From: Catajapyx aquilonaris
Taxonomy: Eukaryota
Length of the DNA stretch: 63,799 nt
Direction: 5' to 3'
NCBI GenBank assembly: GCA_000934665.2
Contig: KZ538099.1
Location: forward strand, 62,001 to 125,799
In this document: piece after piece, positions 12,589 to 24,200 of the stretch
Position numbering within the stretch: the stretch's first letter is position 1
Layout: each line of letters starts with the position of its first letter
Notes under the pieces: model-generated
Seen by the model: the letters and a program-made list of their open reading frames with translations, nothing else
The model's database searches: none
Told to the model about the DNA's origin: nothing
Made by a program: the position numbers and the translations under genes

Positions 12589-15500
12589 TATTTTTTTTTT
12601 TACAATAAGTTGCACATCCTTCTCGGACAGTTGGACTAGATCGGGAAGGTCCGGAATTGGTGAGGCCGCGAAAACCGAAATGGAGGCATTTTGTGGTCCA
12701 GTAACGGTTCTGTTATTCCTTGAACTCACGGATGGGGTGGAGTCTGAGAGCCCCAAACCTTGGCCTCTCGAGTAGGGCACCGTTATACCTTCCCAACTGC
12801 CCCCACCGACTGCTGCTCTTCAATCCAATGGCAAAGTCATTCCCCATTGGTCATTTTTTCCAAGTCGCGCAATACCTTTTATTTTGGTCAAGCTGGCAAC
12901 ATGGAGGAAGCTACTTGGATGCTGAGAGGTTAACCTACATGTGTACAAAGAGAGGGGGGGGGGNNNNNNNGGGGGGGGGGATAAACGATCCTCAATCAAT
13001 CAAGATTGGAATCAGGTCAGTGAGTACCACACACACGTCACTCTTGGTACAAAATCAGCTTCCGGCTTTGTGGTTACTTCCGTCCAAGACTGTCCATCCA
13101 TCGATGCGTTCATTAGACGTTAAATCAGGATTTTTCTCATCATGGATATAACGGTCAAGGTATAAACAGGCGTGGGAACTATTGGATCAATTTTTTTGAA
13201 ACCATCTGACTATCCATCCATCCACTTCTTCTTCTCTCACTCACCTTGACTCGGGGCTCTCCAGAAAGCCTCCAGACATGTGGGCCAAGGACGTGATCGG
13301 AAAGATGTTCTGCTTGACCTTGGTCTCTTCTTATTCTCATTCCTCACCGCACATACCCACTTTTTCCCACTATATATAATTTTTTTTCACCTGGTTCCGC
13401 CTGCTGATTAATCAGTTATTCTGGTTCCCATCACGCCTACAGACCCGTTTTTTTTCTTATTAAAAAAAAGTGTACGGTCTGCGTGTAAGTACTATGGAAT
13501 GTGTTGCGAAAAGATGTTAACACAAAGATTGGTACAATGTGCTGGAAGGAATTATGTGGAATTCACTGCCGGCACTTATGTTTATTTATGACTGCATGCC
13601 TGCGGTTGTCTGTAGCTAAGAATATTGCGAGATTTTTTATTTATAAAATCGGGGGGTGGCTTGACCGGAATAAATATTTTTTTTACAGAGTCGTTCAACA
13701 ACTTTATAATTTATTTCTCATGAACTTGTGAGTTAAAGCCGCTAAAATATTAACGGTTTAGCAATCATATTCACGATTTTTCTGCAATAAAAAACTGTGT
13801 TGAAATATGAGCTTCAGCGTGATTGGACAAAGTTCCCACGCATTTGTTATTTTTTTTACGTATTATTTTCCCAGTCTTCCTTTTATGGCATGTCTAGACC
13901 AAACGATTGTGCAGTCGTTTGGCCGTTACTTGAAACCTCTATCGAGATTGGTTAAAAACGGCCAGTGACCATAGCAACAGTCCAACATATATTTTGTCTA
14001 GACAATTCACAAAATAAGGTGCCTGATAACTTTAGCGGAAGGACAAAAAAAACCGACCTCTATTTTCTATTTTATTTTTATGGAATATATATATTTTTTA
14101 CAGTATGTGCATATAATTAATGCGAGTTCGTATACATTTCATTCATAAGCTAGCAGTTACACAATGCAACTGTAATCTTACAAATAAAAACATCCTGCAG
14201 CACTCTTGTAAATATAGAAATCCTAGAATGCTGTGCCAAAGTGCGTGATTATTGCAATTATTACAAATTCTTAGAATCAGTCCTTGAGGAAGGGACTACA
14301 GATTCCTCACTATTACGCTAGATTTCCGCACACCCACTCGTAGCGTGTGTACACCACCCCCCGACATTAAATAATAATTTACTGCACCTAAACAAAAGTT
14401 TTAACAGGTGTAATTCCGCTTGGCCAGTCTGCATCGTTATGTTTACAGCCACTCAACGTCATGGAAATCCAGTTGTACAAATTACTTCGAAGTCACCCGG
14501 TACTAAGGAAAAGATTGAGGTCATCCGAGTGACCAAAAATATGTGCTTGTGTTAGTGTAGAGTGCACTTTGCAACAGTGCGTTAGATACTGTATGAACAG
14601 TAGTACTATGATGATCAGCTGTACGGCTCATTAATCCCGGTTGCATAAACCCACATGTACGTTGACCTGATACATTTCCACATTTATTTTTAGACCACCT
14701 TCTTTTGAATGAACCAGCAGCAGCCTTGAGGATCTATGCACGTGCCGAGGAATGCAATTGAACCTTGCTCACTATATATCTCTGGGTGTAACTCTATACC
14801 CAAAATGGATATCCGTTAGTTGTCTATATATATTATTTTGCTTCTTTGTTGGATAGTGATCAAGTAGATTCGCTTCTCTCAGGTTGATAACTATTCATAG
14901 GACGGGGGAGAGGAAAGCTCATTAATCCGAGTCGAGTTGGGAGGAAAACGGATCACTTTTGTAGCCAAGTCCTTTGCATTCTGGTGCCTCTCGGAATCTC
15001 CTTTTCCTTGTTCAAAATGCAAGCGGCTCAACTGAGCATGCTAAAGAGATTCGGGTGTTACCATGCCCGCCTACTCCTTTTGCTGCCTAATGTTGCATGC
15101 GGACAACACAAGGGCTTTGAGGGACAAAATGCAAGTTTCTGGGATGGAAAATACCAGGCTTCTCCTCCTCCTCCTCCTCCAAAAAAATCTAGGAATAGAG
15201 CGGACGCTTATCACTTCCGCTGCTAAATGTGAAATGTCAACCGTATATCACCACTGAGCGGTTCACAAACAAGGGGGATTGATATAATGCACTTTGTAAC
15301 CTTTCTTCATGCTCTAGTTGGGGCCGTGAGGTCAAAATCCGCCAAAATCTACTCGGGGGGAAAAGGTTTAGGACGTTTAATATGTTAAACCAGGCTAATT
15401 CCTCTATGAATTTCAATGATTCGTTTTAAAAAATCGTCCTAAGCCCTGTGATTAGGGTGCCTGTTTTTAGTCAGCCATTTTTTCATTAAGCTGCTTATTA

Positions 15501-18500
15501 GTTATCATTTATTAAGTAACTAGTAGCGGACCCGTTGCCAGATTTTGGCAACACTGCTTGGCACACTCTCCCAACTTGGACGTAGTACGATATTCCACTG
15601 CTAGTTGGCGCATAGGCTCTGCACACTCTGAGGGAGAAAGTAGTACTACATGTACGTTGGTGATGAGTCACCGCGTGGACAAAGTCCACCAGGGTGCTAC
15701 ACTACTTTCCCTGTTCAACAATTAGAGGACATAAGTCTATCTCGGAGATAAGTCAACTTGTTTACGGGATGGAGTTACGGATTCAGTGATTAAGTGATTT
15801 TTAGGAGATGTGACAATATATTATGTTTGGTTTAATTTCCATTTTTACCTGAACATTGCTGCAGCAAAAGTTGTGCCAGAATTAATAGTCCTATTATTAA
15901 AACAGGCCTCCCATAATATATTACAGCGTAGCTAGTTTAGTGTACAACCCAAAAGTATAAAATGGGATGCATCTGGTGTGACCTCAGGTTTCCCGAACTA
16001 GGCCGCTGGGAAAGGTTACAAAGTGCAGGTACGGCCTTAGGGCACTCATCCAAGTCCAAAAGCAGACCCGGGACAATTTTTTGACCCCTCACACTTTACT
16101 ATCCCCCCCTCCCTCCCTCCCTCCCTCCAGATAACCTGCTGTATAGCCTATTACCTTCCGATAATAATAAGGTACACAATACTTTGTAATCACATGTCAC
16201 TGGTTTCAGATAAAACATTGAGCCCACTTGAGTGCATGACAACAAAAGGATGAGTACTGTAAGCAAGTACGGAGCAGACAGTACCCTCCAAAGTTGCGAT
16301 AAAGTTGCATATAAACAAAGCAGGAACTGGAAAGTGCTATCGGCTTTGGCTGGTAGGGGGCAGAGGTGGGAGGGGGGGGGGGAGGGTCAACGACTTGATG
16401 ATTGGCCGAGTGTCTTTATCGAGCGCAGGCTTTTATAGTCCCAGCGATAGACTGCGCTTGGAGAAGTCGATTGCCACTTGGCTTGCTCTCGGGGTTGGAT
16501 GAGAAGCAGGACAGAGGGATTTATACGTACGTGCTTGTACAGGGTGTTCCGTAAATCATGATGACACACCTTGTATATGACGACTACAAAATAAAAGAGA
16601 TATTTTAAAAGAGGGCTTGACAGGATATGGAGAGGGTATTGCTATAAAAGGCGGGTTGACAACGTGAATGCGGATTAAATGTGGTATTTCATGTGGAACG
16701 TGTACGTATTAGTTGCCAAATTATGTAAAGGCAGTAGGTAAATTTTTAGAGCACATGCTGCATTTTTGTGTCAAAGCGCTTTATTGCAATTAACCCGCCA
16801 CTAGTTTCAACGTAGCTTTCAGATAAAATGTATGGTCATGTTAGAGCAGTAATTGAGCTACTCATTACAGTACTGGGTTGCAGACCACCAAAAAAACCGG
16901 ATCCAATAATGTGGCTGCAATGGACACGCGTCATTTTTTTAAACCGCAATTCTGGTGTACGTGTCAAGATTGTTCGATAACAATTTTTCACCCTGCTTTT
17001 GTCCAATTGAGCAGAAGTGACAGGTCAGCCCTCCAGTCCCTTTTGGGTAAGGTCACATCAAGGTGTAATTTTTCTGATAGAAGCTGGGCGTGAGTCACTT
17101 CGAAGCTAACTGTACAAATCCGCCTCGCATTGACTATTCAAGAGGCATGCATTGTAAGCGACTTTCACATTCATACAACATTTTATCCTGCCATCATCCG
17201 CCTATTTCAAAGGACATATTGTACAAGTAGACGCCAGAAAAAAACTCGTAAAATTCCTTTAAAAATGATTAGAACGTATAGCAGTTTTTAGTTGTAAAAT
17301 TTTTATTTTCAGAGTGTCGTTGACCCCGCTGAATTAATAAGTCAGACTTCCAGCACCAGGTGCGAATGACTATGCCTGTGCAAACCTGGAAAGGGCCAAT
17401 ATCGCGAAAATAACATCTCCTCCTATCTCTCGCCTACGCTCTTACGGTTCAGCAACCCTTTGGATTACGCAACCATACAACGATCGTCGTACGTCGACAT
17501 CACCGTCGGCTCGACGGGGGAGGATTCTCCCTTTAGCCAGAAGCTTCCCAGGAGATTCCCTGTGACTCAAAGCTTGAAATATTCAAGCTCTCCATCAGAC
17601 ACTGTATAGTGGTGGTGTCCATTTGGACCGATCATGTCGATAGAACAAGCCAAAAGGTTATCAGCTGCTTATAAACAAGAGTTATCATTTAGTTTCGAAA
17701 TGGTGATGTATATGTTTTTTGTGCCATCGGAATTTGATCAAAATGTCACATCGCTGTTATCGCTTGGTGATTTAAAAAAAATTGGTTATTCTTTAAAATC
17801 CTCTAGAACTTTTGATAGGTGTATGGGAATGGCTTCCTCGCGTGAATCCAAATAAAAAAAACGGCCAAAATGCTTTGTAAAAGCACACTGAACGTTACTT
17901 AAGAGCGGCCTTGACTGGAGAGAATGGTGGTTATTACCGTGAAATGCTCGTGCACGATAAAACCTTTATGATAGGGAAAGAAGTAAGCGACCAGTACTAG
18001 AAGCCAAGTCCTCCAGCCAAGTTTCATTTAAATAATACAAAAAAAAAGAGTCGGAGTGAGGTATTGTTCCAACGGTTTATTCCTGTATGTGAAATTAATG
18101 TGTGAGTGGGTGTTGAAAAGCTGTTTTTTTCTGTAGAGGTGGTACAGGTTTCCTTTTTTTCTTTCTTTTGGACTGAAGCAGTAGAGCGGCACTTCATAGC
18201 TGTACAGTTTTAATTGGTTTATTTTTAGAGAAGAAAAAAAAAATCTGCGCAGTATTTTCTAAATATTTTGTGGCCTTCTGCTGCGGGTCATACCAGGTTA
18301 CATAAGTGCAGTATGCAGACAATGTGTGCAATACCCTGGAGGAAGCCATAAAGTTTCTGTGCGGCACAGAATAGACAGGCATTTAATAATGTCACGCCAC
18401 ATCCCTATACAGTAACTTTGTTGATTTTTTAAACGGGGAGGATATTACATAATCAGGGCAGAACTTCTAATGACGTATACCAAAAAAGCCGAGATAACAT

Positions 18501-19995
18501 GGAGTAAAATTATTGAAGGCTATATATTCGAGTCATCTTGAATAAGTTTTTCAGCCTGCATTCGTCCTCTGGAGTAAAAACCAAATCAGGATTTCTAAGG
18601 TCAAGGATAAACTGGATATGAAATAATGCCTGCTGAGACACCCAACAAACAGTTTAATCAAAATTCAAATCGATCCGTCTTACAACATGGTTGGTTTTTT
18701 GGAGGTATGATTTAAGTGACATTTAACCTCACATCAATGCAGCATGTGACCTTGGGTATGGGGAACAACGTCATAGTGCGCTGCATATTACAATTCCCCT
18801 GCTAATTTTATATGACCGCTAGGGGTTTACAGTCAGGCTCTTATTTCGTTTATTGCTATAATGTAATTAGTAGGTCATTACGGGAAAAGTGAGCCGGTGA
18901 GGTGTCACAACATGGCGGAATATAGACAATGAAGTCGTAAATACAAGTAGACCACCAGACAGAAAAGATTTGAATAGCTTAATGTGCAGACTACATCCTG
19001 AAAATATATGCAATGTGACAAGGTGAGTCATCAAACTGGGTGGTTCTTTTAATTTGGAGTGGAGATCCTGAGGCCTACATGCTACTTTTGCAATTACAGT
19101 ACTTGGTGCACTTGCAACAAGCTCTATTTTTCTTTCAAAGTGATGCAAAATTAAAATTTTGACTCTTTGACTACAGTACAAAGCTGGTTCAGTTATAAAG
19201 AGAAATGGTATTTAAGAAAGACATGCTATGCATTCAATTATACTGTATATGCAGTGCCTCATGTGGGTAATAATAAATAAATAAACGTTGTTACTTGCGA
19301 AACAATTACAAGTACATATTGCGGAAACGAGATAGCGAGTTATTATTAGTACGATGTAGCAACAAAACATAATTTTGCATATATAGCTACTTAACATAGG
19401 GATGAATCAAATCACGAACAAAAGATAAACGCACAGTAACCGAGTTGACCAAAAATGGCGCAACTTACGCCATGAAATGCAATGATTTTCACTGTAATAC
19501 ACCCTATATTTTATTACAAAGGCTAGTATTTATGTGCTGCGCTTCATTGTCCGTCCGGATCCCCACATATTTTACAGCTCACTATCACCGAACCAGCCTG
19601 TCACAGCATAAATAAAATAACCATTAGCATAAATTGACAATTAACTCGGCCAACTAGAGCATGCAGTCTGTAGCTACACAACCGTATTAATTGGCATTAA
19701 AATAACGCAGGCAGTGAAACAGCAAAACAAGTGTTGCAGACACCCCAAAACAGCCTTGAATCACCCCGTAATATCATCCGTTACATACAGTCAGTCAGAG
19801 GGGCAAACCGCACTCATTTCCTGTCTCCATATCAGTAGGTGAGCCCATATAAGGTTAGGGTAAGTGTCGCGGAGTTCAGCCAATGAAAAGCGGGCTCCTA
19901 CTAGCAGTAGCCAATGATAGCGGGCACCTAGCTGCAGCCAATGACAACCAGCGACTCCTACAGGCAGCGGCACCATTCCACTGGCTAAGGAAATA

Positions 19996-20388
19996 CACTT
20001 GAATCCGGATATAACAGACTCCAAGGGACAGCGGAAATCAGTATGTTATAAACAAGGTATGTTATATCCGAATACACAAGAAATATACAGGGTGTTTCAA
20101 CTTTGTTGTCCGAACAGTTATCGGAAATATTGCCACTAAGCTGCTACTTTGTAAGAAGTGTATGCCACTTCAACCTAAGATTCGCAGGGAATATTCTCCA
20201 TTCCTTCGACAAACCGGTTGCAAGTCACTGCATACAAAGTAGCCGCTTATAGTGCAATATTTCCGATAACTGTTCGGACAAAAAAGTTGAAACACCCTGT
20301 ATTATGGAAGTGTGACGGGACTGGCCTTTTGAGTCTGTTATAACCGAAAGTCAGTTATAGCCGAGGCTGTTATAACCGGATTCAACTG
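19996..20388. mobile_element. pogo/Tigger-like MITE (outer element), TA-flanked
   Basis: TA|cacttgaatccggatataac ... gttataaccggattcaactg|TA, with internal GTTATA subterminal repeats. Confidence 0.8.
20088..20299. mobile_element. CAGGGTG-terminal Tc1/mariner-type MITE, 212 bp, nested in the element above
   Basis: TA|cagggtgtttcaactttgttgtccgaacagttatcggaaatattgc... and ...gcaatatttccgataactgttcggacaaaaaagttgaaacaccctg|TA; TIRs of about 65 bp. Confidence 0.9.
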
Positions 20389-21122
20389 TATTACTCAGGT
20401 GCTTGTGCTTTTCATATGTACCGTAAATTGATATTGAGATACGATGTACTTCGGTGTAATTGTTTTTATTAAGTAACGCCATTGATGCCATTGGGAAACC
20501 TGGGGGTCCTTCGTAGAAATTTGAAACGGGTGGGAGGTGCCATATATGCATTCTCGGAGGTCCGCTGCATATAGCAGTAGCCAATGACAGTCATCGACTC
20601 CTAGCAGCAGCCAATAGCGCACCAGTTCTACGCAAAAAAGCCGCATCTGCATTTGTGTCCCCCTCAGGAGCCGTGTGTCTCTCCAGTAGTCGGCGTGAAG
20701 CGAGCCGGTCGTATGTAAGGGCGGCGTACCGTACCCATGAAGTAGCTTGGGCGGAGGTATGGAAGTGGCGCAAACGCAAAAGCGCCAATCCCTCTACCGG
20801 GGGAGGGGGGAAAGGCTGCGGCAGGCAGGCTGCCCCAATCCCCTGCCGTCCTCCCCCGTCCTCCTCTCCCCTACCTTTAGCCGCAGTTGGCACTCGGCCT
20901 CAGACGCGGCAAGCACGAGCATCATGCGGCGCGGACGCACCGTACCACCACAGTGCGCGATGTGCCGCGTGTGACACCTCCTTCATTATTTCTTCTTGTT
21001 ATTCGGGGGGTGGGTCGGAAACGACACCAAGAGGTGACCATAGGTGGTGCGGGTCCAGTGCGAAGTGTGTCCTCTACACACTCGGAGTGCGGCGGATACA
21101 ACGAGACCACGACGTCTGCCGG

Positions 21123-21152
21123 CACCACCACCACCACCACCACCACCACCAC
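21123..21152 (+). repeat. (CAC)n trinucleotide repeat, about 10 units, in the putative 5' UTR of exon 1a
   Basis: Read directly; ends 25 nt before the ATG at 21178. Confidence 0.9.
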
Positions 21153-21177
21153 GCTCAGCGCGGCTCCCAAGGTGGAA

Positions 21178-21272
21178 ATGATCATCTCGAAGGATCTGTT
21201 CCTTCTGGGCGACCAGGACTACCTTCGCCTGCCTAAGGACGACAAACAAACCATGGTGCGACCGACCAAGAG
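21178..21272 (+). CDS. ABCG candidate first coding exon 1a ([32 protein letters not shown])
   Basis: ATG in gaaATG context; 31 codons plus AG, then donor gtacgt. Phase 2 matches the exon 2 acceptor (AG+G = Arg). Preceded by a GC-rich, promoter-like region. Confidence 0.7.
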
Positions 21273-24200
21273 GTACGTCACCGGACCATGTACTGTACTT
21301 TTTAAAAAAAAGAAACAGAAAAAAAGAGGCTAGGCAGCAGCCACGACCCACTGATGCATCCTCCTATCCTGTTTCCCAGACAAGTAGACTGTGGCACCGG
21401 ATCAGTGGGGCTGCACCGGTACCCTCTTCAAGCTGGGTTAGGAGACCATGGAAACCGAAAGGTGCCTGGCATGTCATGCCAAAAACTGGGCTCCCCCTCG
21501 ATTCTGTAAATAAGTGCATTAAAAAGTCGTTTTCGGTGCCAGTCGACACTAATGACGTGACTAATTACCTGATTGGTGATACCCCCGATTCGTAAACAAA
21601 AATTGGGGGACCTGTCATAATTGGACGATCAATGGTTAAATCCGGTTTGAAATACCCGCCCGTACCATGATGAGTAATTCGCATCTGCAATTTGCGTAGG
21701 CGATATCAAAGATGAGGAGGTAGTGGTAGAGAGAGGAGGGGGGGGGGGGGGGAAANGCCATAAAGTGAGCCAACATTGCGTGATCTATTGGCCAGGACTC
21801 ATTGTTGGGAAGCATGTATCGATTCCAGGGGGGGATTATTACAGGCCTTGAGGTTACATGTTGACGTTGCACTTACATACAGTGTGTATATTATAGTGTT
21901 GCACGTCACTGGTCAGACATTCATATTAATTAGGCGCAAATATACCGTCAATTAGTGGGGTGAGATTGTGCCACCACATTTTTTTGAGGGGGGGGGGGGA
22001 CAACAGTGGGAATGGCATAATTATGCAAATTTCTCCAGGATTTGTGAACGTTGAACCTCAGATCTAGTTTGATCAAGGCGATGATGGACAATCGTGTAAA
22101 CAAGCTGCTGGATGAAAGTACTTGCTCGGGAGATGATTCGCCTTAATTAGCTAAGAGGTCAATAGGAAGGCAGACTAAATAAGTGGGGTGTCGGGGTTAA
22201 GGGAAACCCTAATGAAGTTGTGCAATCAGCTACCTCTTTGAATAAGGGTACTGTAGTTTTCCCGCAGTGTGTAACAGCTGTGCGCACACATGTGTCAACT
22301 CGATAGATTCCACCTTAGAGCACTGTACTTCCAGTCAGAGCATTGCACTCCTCTAATTATATGCAGCGCATGTATCCTCTCTGTACAAAAGTTTAGAGAG
22401 AAAAAAATGGGGACAGCATAAAAATGGCAAAAACGCTGCTCTTTATATGAATATGTGAATTTGCATATAAGGGCGGTGCACCGCAGTTCCGGTCCAGGCT
22501 GTCCAATTATTATTTTAGTAACATTGTGACAATATATTTTTTATATATATAAACGCAGTCTGACCCAGTGACTGACTAAGTGCGCGTGTGTTGAGAAATA
22601 TGACACGTGTGTTTGTCACACATTGTACTCAGCGCCAGTTCAACGCGCCCTTTGACGAAATATCGCCGATGTCACTTCCTTCCAGACCCGGAGTCGGGTT
22701 ACAATATGAAACAATCCGCTGTCCGTCGCAGACTTTATTGGGCCACATTTTTCGAAGTCGTTAAAAGGGCAGGTTCTTACTCGGCACATTATTGAGTTCA
22801 GAATTATTGGACTTCCGGCTGACTGCTGCTTGGAAGAGGTCATCAATCTATAGGTTCAGACTTGTAGTAGCTGGTGGCTCCAAAAAATTAAGGGCAATGT
22901 TTTTCGATGTATGTTTGTCGCGCGCGTCTTCCAGGAAGCGCATGCTTGGCGGTTACATCACTCTGGTATCAACTAAAATTACCCCTCGTTATACCATTCA
23001 TATGCCACGGTTCAAAGACCTCCTTACAAGTAGTGGGGTTAAAAAAAAGAAGACACAATGTCTGCAGATTTTTTAAACAATCCAGCTCGACCTGTATTCT
23101 GCGATGCGAGACATTATTGCATCTTATTGTACTCAGCTTTTTGTTGTTGCCATGCGAATCGTTAGCCCACTTTTTTGTGCGCATTTTTATGGATGGTTTT
23201 CTATAAATCACTCCATAAAGCAATTTAATATTCCGGCCCATGTAACACGAATGGCGAGCATATAATTTGAAGGAGAAAAAATTAGCGAAATTAGCAAATT
23301 GGATTTTGTGCCAATATATTTTTCAAGACTTCGAGGCCATTTTCTGTATAGAAGTAAAGCGAGGTCAGGTGAATGAACCTGGAAAAACTTTGGGGAGCAA
23401 GTTTGCTAACTGTGGGTGGGAAGGAAAATGTTGAAGTTGTTTCCTATAGCTTCTCGGCCTTCCTGGTTAGTTAACACTGGTCCACTCCACTAGTTATGTT
23501 GGGGGGGAAAAAATGTAGGTGCTAATGTGGTGCGGAAGCGGTTTAACATGCAGGGTGGTCCTTTCGGACTGTCTTGAGGCCATCTTGTGGGCCGGTTTTC
23601 TCTTTTTGGGGAGCAGGAAAAAAAATATTAGGCTTTTATGAATATTTTTGAGGATGTTTTTTCGCCATTATTTTTGCGTTTGCCTAAATACGTTTGGGCT
23701 AATCCAGGGTGGATTACGATTAATGAGAATGTACGGTCCTGCCTGGTGTAGGATCATGCTCTAATTAGCTTTTAGATCTAGATTCTGGGGGGTGTATATA
23801 CAGTTTTTAGACCGTGTACAAGGGTGTGAGACAATGGGTAGGACATGGTGTATGAAAAGGTGTGCACGTGTTGCATGTTGTTAGGAAAGGTGTTAATTAA
23901 CACCCACCACTGCAGACATTTGGACGAGTTTTGACACAAATTACCTGCCACCTACGAATTATCTTAATTTGTCCTTCATTTTCATTCCAGTGACTCAATA
24001 TGAGACAACTCCAGAAATCTTGCGAATTTTTGCTCAATTTTGAGTCGATTGAAAGTGTGTGCCATTTCAAGTGTAAAACAAGTTGAAACAGCTCAAGTCA
24101 AGCTGAAAAGTACTGTTACACTGATTTTCCAGTCACACCTTATTTTCAGGCTGCAAAACCAGACCGGATACGTGCCGTGAACCACCGTGTGTTTCATCAC

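Larger units (their letters stand above)
19877..20616 (+). promoter_or_regulatory. Interrupted array of ~30-bp units, each carrying an AGCCAAT (CCAAT/NF-Y type) box, upstream of ABCG exon 1a
   Basis: CCAAT at 19880, 19911, 19938, 20581 and 20611 within similar units (consensus roughly CAGCCAATGA-AGCGG-CTCCTA). A GC box (ttgggcggag, ~20747) and another CCAAT (20785) lie downstream. Confidence 0.45.

Noticed and set aside
19877..19968. CRISPR-like appearance of regularly spaced short repeats
   Set aside because: Eukaryotic context, degenerate tandem units, no unique spacers and no cas genes.
20655..21351. 193-aa poly-His ORF and antisense poly-Val/poly-Gly ORFs
   Set aside because: These are readings of the (CAC)n microsatellite in a GC-rich region; only 21178-21272 has start and splice support.
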